A DNA stretch of 64,000 bases from an uncultured Bacteroidales bacterium (GTDB taxonomy: Bacteria; Bacteroidota; Bacteroidia; Bacteroidales; Paludibacteraceae). The notes below the pieces were generated by a model. That model did no database searches, was not told the origin of the DNA, and was given only the letters and a program-made list of their open reading frames with translations. The stretch is from assembly GCA_946187695.1 (NCBI GenBank), contig CAMHSB010000006.1, positions 4,675 to 68,674 of the forward strand. The letters run 5' to 3'. Within the stretch, counting starts at the first letter, position 1, and the number at the start of each line of letters is the position of its first letter. Positions 8,465 to 16,037 of the stretch are shown here, piece after piece. A program made the translations under genes and the position numbers.

Positions 8465-10801
8465 TTAAAAGAGGTTAAGTACATCTGTTGAGAATTTATC
8501 ATCTCGTAAGGAAATGTTATCAAGATCGAGAGTAAATGATGACGAAATGAAGTCTGGATATTTAGCGCTGAGGCCATTAATAACGCGCTTCATTATTTCT
8601 GAATCTACGCCAAACATTTGTACCGGGCTAATTCCTTCACTATCAACAGATGTATCCATTAAACGACTTAAAGTGAATTGATAATAGCCACCACAAGCTT
8701 CTGCAAAGCGGTACAAGCTATATAATATAACGAGATCGTCAGGATTCCCCCACGGCATTCTCTGAATCTTATAGTTATTGCGCTCTGCATCTACTATTAA
8801 GCCGAACCCAAGTTCGCCTAAAGGAAGAGCCGATATGCGTTTAATAGAATTCGGAACCGATTTTACAGCACTTGCGCTAACTCCTTCTGTGTTGCCGAGA
8901 ATTTCAGATATATACTGCTGTGATATAGGTTCTCCAAAGTCAAAGTTGCGCACAAACCAACCTACTTGAGCAGAATAACAAAGATTGACATACATAGCAG
9001 CCCATATCTGCTTGTCATCTAGTCCACGCTCACGTAGTAGAGAGGCTAAGATTGTCTCTGTATTGTTACTCAAAAGACCTGCATCTCGCAAGAACTTTTT
9101 GAACGCAGGAAATTCATTATTTCCTAACGTGTACTCCGTGTAGAATCTGCTCTCTAATTTGATAAATTGACTAAACCAATCTAATTTAGGAGCGTGTGTT
9201 GCATAACTGTCAAGTGATGATTTCATATTTCCATTTCCTTTTGATAACCATAATGATTTATAAACGAGACAACCTGTGTCTATGTCAAAACATTGTCCAC
9301 AGCGTATGCAAGAGTCGCTAATATGAAGATGTCCCGCCTCGTCAAATTTCAGATTGCCATGATTGCAATTAGCTTCGCATACTTTACATCCAACGCAATA
9401 ATGACTTTTGCGGAAGACTCGCCTAATCATTTTGACGAATTCTATTCCTAATTTTGATTTATCGTTTTTTACAATAACTTTTAAATATCCATTTTCCATT
9501 GGTAAAACTTCCAAATCAAACTCTGTACCTCTAAACAGAATTTTGTATTTGTCGTCATAATCTGTGACAAGTAGTTTCCCAATTGGCTTTATCCATTGTT
9601 TCCAATTGTTATCGTGATTGTAGAAGGTAATGATCAACTTTCCGTCGTTGGTAGTGGCTTCGTCATAATCTTTTTTCGCTATTGTTAAGTCTCGTCCATT
9701 TTTACGAGCTTTCCATCCTGTATTTTCAAGATAGCTCCTCAGTTTAGCTTCATTACCTTTATCTACCGCATTAAATTCACGAATAATATCATAGTACGGA
9801 TCCGCTTCTGATTTATAACATTGTTGATTCATGTAATCGCTCTTGCGTGCCGACATAGGACACACTAAACAACCGGCACGGCTATTCCCTCTTTTGTATG
9901 CCTTGTTAATAGGAAGACGATTAGAGTATAGATATAAATAAACTTCAGCAGAGTTCCATTCTAGTATAGGGTTGCAACTATACTGACCTCTGTGTTTTGT
10001 GCCGTAAGACACGAAATCATAACCGCTACGACGGAGACTTTCATCGCCTCTAACTCCCACAAATGCCATTTCTCGGAAATTTTCCTTTCCTACAATTTCC
10101 CTTATAGTCAACAACTGTGGAGTTGTCTTATGCACACTACAACACCAGCGAATTGCGGAGGCTGGAGGACCGAATAGTTTCCATGAGTCTGATGGTTTCA
10201 AATGAGATTTCGCCACATAAAATTTAATATTGTAGTCTTCACATCTTTTCTTTGCCATCTCTACTGCTTCATATGTATCGGAGAACTCCATACCTGTATC
10301 TCCAAAGATCACTACAAATTCGTTATGCGGGAGAGCTCTCTGTACTAAATCTAAAGCCACCTCACTATCTTTACCTCCGCTAAAAGATACGTGGAATATA
10401 TCAACTTTATCTTTGTAGGCAAGGAATGTGTTGTATATAAATTTGATGGTATCTTGTACTAATCCATTGAGGACTTCTTTATTTTTATATACCATCATAT
10501 CAATATCCACGAAACGGAGAGGCGCATTATTTTCTTCGGGAGTATCAATAATATTTACTTCTGGAGCTGTATAAAGCGAACCGCCTTTAAGAGAGGCCAC
10601 TAATTTGCCACGATAGTAATATTCATTAGCTTCTGCCCACATATACGGGGCAGAGTCATCTTTAGCATATGACCAATGCTGATTAAAACCAAGAGTGTCC
10701 ATCTCTTGATAATATACTGGACGTGGCTCTTTGCTAAATGCCAACGGAGTAGTATTCAGCAATAACCCTCCTGATTCTTTGTCGTAGGTATATGAGTACA
10801 T
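8465..10801 (-). CDS. brxP: BrxP-like PAPS-reductase/DndC-like PP-loop ATP pyrophosphatase with ferredoxin-type Fe-S Cys motifs
   Basis: PP-loop HVSFSGGKDSEVALD (nt ~10364-10381). RWCCSVHKT and RAGCLVCPM Cys motifs as in the DndC/IbrA family. CVGCKVCEANC...CIRCGQCFDIDTGC (nt ~9257-9394) resembles a 2x[4Fe-4S] ferredoxin signature. Confidence 0.75.
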   Translation of the reverse strand: MYSYTYDKESGGLLLNTTPLAFSKEPRPVYYQEMDTLGFNQHWSYAKDDSAPYMWAEANEYYYRGKLVASLKGGSLYTAPEVNIIDTPEENNAPLRFVDIDMMVYKNKEVLNGLVQDTIKFIYNTFLAYKDKVDIFHVSFSGGKDSEVALDLVQRALPHNEFVVIFGDTGMEFSDTYEAVEMAKKRCEDYNIKFYVAKSHLKPSDSWKLFGPPASAIRWCCSVHKTTPQLLTIREIVGKENFREMAFVGVRGDESLRRSGYDFVSYGTKHRGQYSCNPILEWNSAEVYLYLYSNRLPINKAYKRGNSRAGCLVCPMSARKSDYMNQQCYKSEADPYYDIIREFNAVDKGNEAKLRSYLENTGWKARKNGRDLTIAKKDYDEATTNDGKLIITFYNHDNNWKQWIKPIGKLLVTDYDDKYKILFRGTEFDLEVLPMENGYLKVIVKNDKSKLGIEFVKMIRRVFRKSHYCVGCKVCEANCNHGNLKFDEAGHLHISDSCIRCGQCFDIDTGCLVYKSLWLSKGNGNMKSSLDSYATHAPKLDWFSQFIKLESRFYTEYTLGNNEFPAFKKFLRDAGLLSNNTETILASLLRERGLDDKQIWAAMYVNLCYSAQVGWFVRNFDFGEPISQQYISEILGNTEGVSASAVKSVPNSIKRISALPLGELGFGLIVDAERNNYKIQRMPWGNPDDLVILYSLYRFAEACGGYYQFTLSRLMDTSVDSEGISPVQMFGVDSEIMKRVINGLSAKYPDFISSSFTLDLDNISLRDDKFSTDVLNLF

Positions 10802-10803
10802 AA

Positions 10804-12639
10804 TTATTTTTTATTCATCTTATTTCTTAATTCCTGCGCTTTAACTAATATTTTCTCTATGTTTTTAAAAGTGCGGAATGCTATATATTTTTTATCGACT
10901 AAAAATTCCAAAGCTTCAGTTTTATTTAGATCGATATCGGACTCTGCAAGAATTTGTGTAATAACACTACTATAGTCATCATAGTGGGATGTTCTTTTTA
11001 TTATTGCTCCGACTACTTTATCTTGATTATATCTTTCATGTGCTAAAGTGAACTTTGCACTACAACTAACGAGATAGGATTCAAGCAGATAAATATTCCA
11101 AGGGTATTGACTGGGAGGGAATGATGTTAGTACCACATCTGAAAAGCTTACATATGAACTTTGTGTAAACTTTTCTATAGTTTCATCTATTGCATTAACA
11201 TCAAACTCTATGGTGTTTTTGTGTACAAATGTATCATAATTAATGCGAAGATAATAGTTGTACGCTATTTCATAACGAATAGAATCAGAACCACATTCTA
11301 AACAGAACGCTTTCAGCTCTGCTAGAGACGTTGTGTCGTGAGTCTTACAAAATGAATCTATTGCTGAATTCGAATCTACAGGATGCTCTATACTGCTAAT
11401 GATATTTCTAATGAAAGAGAATTTATCTTGTAATAAAACATACAAAGAATTTCTAATACCCAACTCTCGAAGAGATATGTTATTGTCCCATACATTGGGA
11501 GTAGTGGCTTTGATAATATCTATTAAATCTGATTTTGTTGCATAACCATACGATAGAATAGTAGAACTTAATTTATTTTCTACCCTCTGCAAGTCCGACT
11601 TGTTTATATCGAAATTGTCTATGTGAAAACATAATTCTCTGCCCCCAGAGATTATTTTATTCGGCTTTTGTTCTATGCTCCGCATGATCACTTCGCGTGG
11701 TAAGTGATGAAGTTCATTACATAATTCTGTAAAAGAAATAATTGTGCCATACTCCTTAATGAAAGTTTCTACTGTCTCAGCAATATTTACGGAACACTCT
11801 GCTGAGTTCGTTATCATATTGTCTTTATAGAACCATCCACTATCGCCATACTTTTTCAAGTATTCACGTAACATTTCTGCATCAAACATCTTTTGATTAG
11901 AGAACATTTGGTTGAAATGTTCGTATAGTACAGAGTAATAGATAAAGGTATTGCCAGACTCGAAACATTCGGCAATATAGCTCAGCAATTCTATTTTACT
12001 ATCTTCGTCTAAAATTTGAGAAGGTAGATACAGCATGTCTTTATATATCACTCCATAGGCAGACAGTTCGTCATCACTAATTTCTCCCAAAGGTTCTCCA
12101 ATAATATCAAGATACAAATGTGATAAACGCTTTCTTTCATTATGTGAAGAAAAACGGAAACCGTGTCTAAATTTTGTAGTAAGTACTTCCTGAAGATGCG
12201 GATTAATCTTGAACTCCGTTTTTATTCCATCATTTTCCATATCTTGTTTTGTGGGGAATAAGACAGGAGTGCCTTCTCGGTCTAATGATGGCGCATAGGG
12301 ATACATTACTTCCGCTTCTGCAAGAATTGTTTCATATTCCTCGGGACTATCTAAACTCATATTCGCAACATCTGCTATAACCTTACTTGGACTATGTAAT
12401 CCATGAAGTCCGTCAGTTAACGTATATTTAACAGAAGCAAGTTGCATTGAAATGCCATTTGTGTTTCGATATGTCGGATCTATTGTTAAACCTTTTGATA
12501 TTGCAGCTTGACGCAATCGATTAGACACTTCGATTGTTGCATCATTTTTTGAGATCTTTCCATTACGAATGCGCCAATAAGCATCCACAAGAAGGGATGC
12601 TTCGTACTGATTCCAATTTGCGTTTATGTTTTGTGTCAT
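10804..12639 (-). CDS. Hypothetical 611-aa protein, first gene of the BREX-like operon (start taken at MTQNINANW, downstream of the promoter box)
   Basis: Long ORF with a 2-nt gap to brxP. The N-terminal ~100 aa (WNQYEASLLVDAYWRIRNGKISKNDATIEVSNRLRQAAISKGLTIDPTYRNTNGISMQ) looks like a module I have seen at N-termini of restriction/defence-associated proteins. I recognise no catalytic motif. Confidence 0.5.
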   Translation of the reverse strand: MTQNINANWNQYEASLLVDAYWRIRNGKISKNDATIEVSNRLRQAAISKGLTIDPTYRNTNGISMQLASVKYTLTDGLHGLHSPSKVIADVANMSLDSPEEYETILAEAEVMYPYAPSLDREGTPVLFPTKQDMENDGIKTEFKINPHLQEVLTTKFRHGFRFSSHNERKRLSHLYLDIIGEPLGEISDDELSAYGVIYKDMLYLPSQILDEDSKIELLSYIAECFESGNTFIYYSVLYEHFNQMFSNQKMFDAEMLREYLKKYGDSGWFYKDNMITNSAECSVNIAETVETFIKEYGTIISFTELCNELHHLPREVIMRSIEQKPNKIISGGRELCFHIDNFDINKSDLQRVENKLSSTILSYGYATKSDLIDIIKATTPNVWDNNISLRELGIRNSLYVLLQDKFSFIRNIISSIEHPVDSNSAIDSFCKTHDTTSLAELKAFCLECGSDSIRYEIAYNYYLRINYDTFVHKNTIEFDVNAIDETIEKFTQSSYVSFSDVVLTSFPPSQYPWNIYLLESYLVSCSAKFTLAHERYNQDKVVGAIIKRTSHYDDYSSVITQILAESDIDLNKTEALEFLVDKKYIAFRTFKNIEKILVKAQELRNKMNKK

Positions 12640-12663
12640 TTTGCCAAGTGTCGTGCGTACATA

Positions 12664-12684
12664 GCACGCATGCATCTGCGTGCA
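12664..12684 (-). promoter_or_regulatory. Palindrome (GCACGCA-N6-TGCGTGC) in the 5' UTR of the BREX-like operon; candidate operator or RNA hairpin
   Basis: Perfect 7-bp arms between the -7 box (12700-12707) and the start codon (12639). A second small hairpin (CGTGC-N7-GCACG) follows. The element is GC-rich relative to the island. Confidence 0.35.
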
Positions 12685-12699
12685 CAAAAAAACTGGCTG

Positions 12700-12707
12700 C
12701 AAAGGTA
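12700..12707 (-). promoter_or_regulatory. Bacteroidota -7 promoter box (TACCTTTG) for the BREX-like operon
   Basis: Minus strand reads TCGTACCTTTGCAGCC, matching the TAnnTTTG consensus, ~60 nt upstream of the ATG at 12639. Confidence 0.55.
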
Positions 12708-12812
12708 CGAAAAATTTTTGATATGTGCAAGACATTTTGCCATATTATGTTTATTTTAGGCTAAAAGCAATTGTTTTTTTACTAAAAACTTGTATATCTG
12801 ATTAAAATTTGC

Positions 12813-12820
12813 TAATTTTG
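12813..12820 (+). promoter_or_regulatory. Bacteroidota -7 promoter box (TAATTTTG) for the divergent GIY-YIG/DGQHR genes
   Basis: GCTAATTTTGCG lies 29 nt upstream of the ATG at 12849. Confidence 0.5.
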
Positions 12821-12848
12821 CGAATAATTTTACAATTATATATACAAT

Positions 12849-13384
12849 ATGACACCAGAAAGGTTTCTAAATGCATTTGAGGAAAACAAAATGTTTGAGA
12901 AGTCATATTACATGACTCCTTCACGATGGAGTCATGCTATTGGTTCCATACCTGAAGTTCAAGATGAGGCGAAATGGATGCCGCCCGTAAAATATATGAA
13001 TAGTACTAATGATGATATTTCTGACGACATCCGTAATTTACCAAATGATGTTGGCGGAATCTATGTTTTCTTCATCAAGGTCCATCTCTTCCATTTTTGG
13101 AACGATACATAGCATATATAGGAAGAGCTCAATTGACTGATTCACAAACTATACGTAAAAGAGCTAAAGAGTATTATCCAGAAAGTCAGAAAGTTGATGG
13201 CCGAATTAAAATTGTTAAATTATTTGAACATTGGAAAGAGTATTTGTACTTTCAATATTTTCCATGTACGGACAACTCGGTTATCCAAAGATGTGAGGCA
13301 AATCTGATACATGCGATTTTCCCTCCATTTAATGACGATATCGCAGAAAAAATCATATTTCACACCCCAATAAATGCATTTTAA
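12849..13384 (+). pseudogene. GIY-YIG-like nuclease gene split by a -1 frameshift near 13079 (ORFs 12849-13112 and 13097-13384)
   Basis: Frame 1 ends ...NDVGGIYVFFIK. Shifting -1 at ~13079 continues GPSLPFLERYIAYIGRAQ...IRKRAKEYY...CEANLIHAIFPPFN, which restores GIY...YIG...R...E...N order. No slippery heptamer at the junction. Confidence 0.5.
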
Positions 13385-13386
13385 TT

Positions 13387-14658
13387 ATGGCAACTGCTAT
13401 TAACATACCAGCCATACGTGGTCATGTAGGTGAGATTGTTTATTACACATCTGTTTTTACTTTTCAACAAATTGTTGAGAGAGTCAAAAAAATAGATGAT
13501 GAGTTGCACACGTCTAAATCTTTGCGCGACCAATTGCAACGAAACCTAACGGAAAATTATAAGAGCATCAAAGACTACATTCTGAGTCACGATGATAGGT
13601 TCTTCAATGCGTTAGTTTTAGCTGTTTATGATGGGGAGCCTACGTGGAATCCCATTGAGATATTTTTTAAAGAAAATCCGTATCATTCGATGGGTTTTCT
13701 TCAACTGAATGGAGAAGAAAAGATATTTCCCGTAGATGGGCAGCATCGTGTTGAAGGAATAAAAGCGGCTCTGAAAATTAATCCAGAACTAAAAGATGAG
13801 ACCATTGCTGTTATATTCATTGGTCACCAGAAGTCTGAGCAAGGCATGGAGAAAACAAGACGCATTTTTACCACCTTGAACCGCTATGCTAAACCTGTCA
13901 AATTAGGTGATATCATTGCATTGGATGAAGATGATATAGTTGCCATTACGACACGTGAACTTTTGGAGTCATATCCTTTGTTTATGGGGAAAAAGATTAG
14001 CAATGCAAAAAATAGTAAAGCTATACCAGATTCAGATACCAATGCGTTTACTACTTTAATGTCGTTATACGAAAGTCATTTGACGTTATACAAATATTTC
14101 AAACAGCACCATGACAGAAAGAGTAAACCATATTCATCTACAGAGATAAAAGAGTCTCTAAAATTACGTCCAAATCAGAGTTCACTAAATGCCTTTAAAT
14201 CTTTCGTAATAGATTTTTGGAACATATTCTGCGCGAATTATGATGGCATGCGTGAATTTAAGGATAGTCAAGCAGATAATGCTGCCAGTCCGTATCGAAA
14301 CAAACAAGGAGGATTGATATATTTCCGTCCAATTGGAATAGAGTCACTGATTCACGCACTGCTACTGACGGCTCAACGCACACCAGAAAAACCATTGGCA
14401 AATATAGTGACTGAATATGCTACTTTAAAATACAACTTGGCTGAGACACCATGGAAGGGCGTGTTTTGGAGACAAAATAATCAGACAATGATTATGGGAA
14501 ACAATCCCCTTGCTGTTTTGTTGCTGATGTATATGTATAATCCAGATCTCCTCACAGAAAAAGAAATGGAGCGTTTGAAGAAAAGATATGCGGATGCTCT
14601 ACAACTTGAGAACATAGAAGATGTGGATGCCAAACTAGAAGAGTTAAGAATGGCATAG
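13387..14658 (+). CDS. DGQHR-domain protein (DndB-like, ParB/Srx superfamily)
   Basis: 423 aa with the literal FPVDGQHRVEGIKAAL motif, ALVLAVYDG upstream and IFTTLNRYAKPV downstream, as in the DndB/DGQHR family. Confidence 0.8.
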   Translation: MATAINIPAIRGHVGEIVYYTSVFTFQQIVERVKKIDDELHTSKSLRDQLQRNLTENYKSIKDYILSHDDRFFNALVLAVYDGEPTWNPIEIFFKENPYHSMGFLQLNGEEKIFPVDGQHRVEGIKAALKINPELKDETIAVIFIGHQKSEQGMEKTRRIFTTLNRYAKPVKLGDIIALDEDDIVAITTRELLESYPLFMGKKISNAKNSKAIPDSDTNAFTTLMSLYESHLTLYKYFKQHHDRKSKPYSSTEIKESLKLRPNQSSLNAFKSFVIDFWNIFCANYDGMREFKDSQADNAASPYRNKQGGLIYFRPIGIESLIHALLLTAQRTPEKPLANIVTEYATLKYNLAETPWKGVFWRQNNQTMIMGNNPLAVLLLMYMYNPDLLTEKEMERLKKRYADALQLENIEDVDAKLEELRMA

Positions 14659-14673
14659 AGATACAAACAGAAA

Positions 14674-14690
14674 AGTCGGAAACTCCGACT
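14674..14690 (+). terminator. Hairpin after the DGQHR gene (AGTCGGA-AAC-TCCGACT), possible terminator
   Basis: 7-bp stem 16 nt after the stop codon. The downstream T-tract is weak. Confidence 0.35.
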
Positions 14691-14745
14691 GTCTTATACT
14701 GAAATAGGTTTACTCATAAAACTGATAAAAAGTGTCAAATTTTAA

Positions 14746-14910
14746 GATTTTAGTTTTATAAAGCGAACACTAAATCGTTATTCTCAATCGTTCAAACAAC
14801 AAGTTTTGGATGATTATTTTCAGTCTAATGCTGACCAACGCGAGTGTGCCAGGAAATGGAAAATTCCGCAATCAACATTATTTACATGGCTTTGTGCTTG
14901 CAAGATCGTA
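14746..14910 (+). pseudogene. Remnant of a transposase/IS helix-turn-helix N-terminus
   Basis: In-frame translation KRTLNRYSQSFKQQVLDDYFQSNADQRECARKWKIPQSTLFTWL resembles IS orfA HTH regions, but no catalytic part follows. Confidence 0.35.
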
Positions 14911-14919
14911 AAAAAAGTG

Positions 14920-14927
14920 TATCTTTG
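14920..14927 (+). promoter_or_regulatory. Orphan -7-like box (TATCTTTG) with no ORF downstream
   Basis: GTGTATCTTTGCATTG; followed only by the direct-repeat region at 14944-15039. Confidence 0.3.
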
Positions 14928-14943
14928 CATTGTCTTTCAAATG

Positions 14944-15039
14944 GTAAACCTTTTTCGCACTCCGGTCAACCTTTTTAGGTATCGAGTCAATAGTTTACGA
15001 TTTTTAAGATTCTATCTCAGTTATCGAGTCAACCTTTTT
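14944..15039 (+). repeat. Direct repeats GT(A/C)AACCTTTTT x3 and TATCGAGTCAA x2; possible recombinase arm sites or an element end
   Basis: Copies at 14944-14955, 14966-14977 and 15028-15039; TATCGAGTCAA at 14980-14990 and 15022-15032. Confidence 0.5.
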
Positions 15040-15540
15040 CAGTTTTAGTCACCTTGACTGTCCACCGGACACTCTGCGGTGCGCCTGTTTCGCTTCTCGG
15101 TCTTGTCCCGCTCATCGCTTGGTGAGAGAGGGATGCTATTACAAGGATTATTGAAAGTAACTCTTTCAATTTCTCCTCGTCCGGAAGCGCCTTGCGGAGT
15201 TCTTCTGGCATATCTGCTGCCATTTTTCTTGATCCGCCATTTCGGCAGCCGCTGGCTGCCAAATTAACAGATTGCTCCATGTTTCATAAAGTGTTGGCTG
15301 CAAACTGCAAAAATCTATATCAATAAGCTTTTGTATAACTACGTTTTACAAAAGTGCGTGCAAAGATACAAAAAAATTCTGACATATGCAAATTTATGTT
15401 ATAAGTTGCATAATTTTGTGTTTAAAAGCAGGTGTTTGAGATCAAAAGTTATACTTATAGGCTTCAGCTCTCATAGCTTCGAACTCAGCCAGTGCCTTTG
15501 CCGCCTTGCGCTCGTGAGCCATTTCATTGCGCAGGCAACT

Positions 15541-15840
15541 GAGAAGGGTGAAACCATTTTGACGAGGTTACCTGAGCCCGTTAGTACTACATACGCCCCT
15601 TTTAAGGGGGTATGTGTACGTACTAAGGGCGTCGAGCGGTATCCTGTCAAGGGCTCCGGATGGCATCCGGAATAACAGACGACGTAAAACCGGAAAAGGA
15701 CCGGACTATGACGTCCGTAATGCGAATGAGATGCGAATGAGACTTAGGTCAAAGTCTCAGAAAAGAGGCATGAAAAGGGACTTGCTTGGGTTCTCCTTAG
15801 GTCGTTCTCGGGACGTGGTCCCGTGATGGTCGCGTTATTG
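15541..15840. other. ORF-free, GC-rich, hairpin-dense segment of unknown nature (candidate structured RNA or element remnant)
   Basis: Long hairpin CGTTAGTACTACATACGCCCC-TTTTAA-GGGGGTATGTGTACGTACTAAGG. Further hairpins CTCCGGATGGCATCCGGA, GACGT..CCGG-AAAAGGA-CCGG..ACGTC, GAGACT-N8-AGTCTC and GGGAC-GTG-GTCCC. Tandem TGCGAATGAGA x2. Confidence 0.3.
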
Positions 15841-15934
15841 ACCCGACATAACCCCGTAAGTATAGCGATTTAATAAACAGCAAACAACAATCTTTTTAGC
15901 AAACTCAAGTACGCTTAAGCGAGCTTAGACAAAG

Positions 15935-15987
15935 TCTTTTTGCAAGCAAATCGAAGACAAGAAATCTTTTTTTTGCAAGCAAATCGA
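15935..15987 (+). repeat. Direct repeat TCTTTTT(TTT)GCAAGCAAATCGA x2
   Basis: Copies at 15935-15954 and 15965-15987, just upstream of the tRNA/rnpB promoter. Confidence 0.6.
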
Positions 15988-16002
15988 TTATTTTTTGCTA
16001 AA

Positions 16003-16037
16003 AATCTTGCAAATTTGAAAAATTTGTAGTAATTTTG
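16003..16037 (+). promoter_or_regulatory. Strong Bacteroidota-type promoter (TCTTGC...TAATTTTG) for the tRNA-Gly/rnpB transcript
   Basis: AAATCTTGCAAATTTGAAAAATTTGTAGTAATTTTGCAG with the -7 box at 16030-16037. Near-identical architecture at 38978-39013. Confidence 0.55.

Noticed and set aside
13072-13085. Programmed -1 ribosomal frameshift joining the two GIY-YIG half-ORFs.
   Set aside because: The junction (TTC ATC AAG GTC) has no slippery X_XXY_YYZ heptamer and no obvious downstream stimulatory structure. A mutation or sequencing error is more parsimonious.
14806-15280. ORFs 14806-15048 (+) and 15029-15280 (-) as intact genes.
   Set aside because: Only short stretches look protein-like (an HTH fragment and MAADMPEELRKALPDEEKLKELL). 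The rest is repeat-derived or low-complexity, so they are treated as mobile-element remnants.
15541-15840. tmRNA, SRP RNA, 6S RNA or group II intron domain V as the identity of the structured segment.
   Set aside because: I could find no tRNA-like acceptor/T-arm, no tag reading frame, no GGAA/AGCA SRP domain IV motif and no 34-nt domain V consensus. It stays unassigned.
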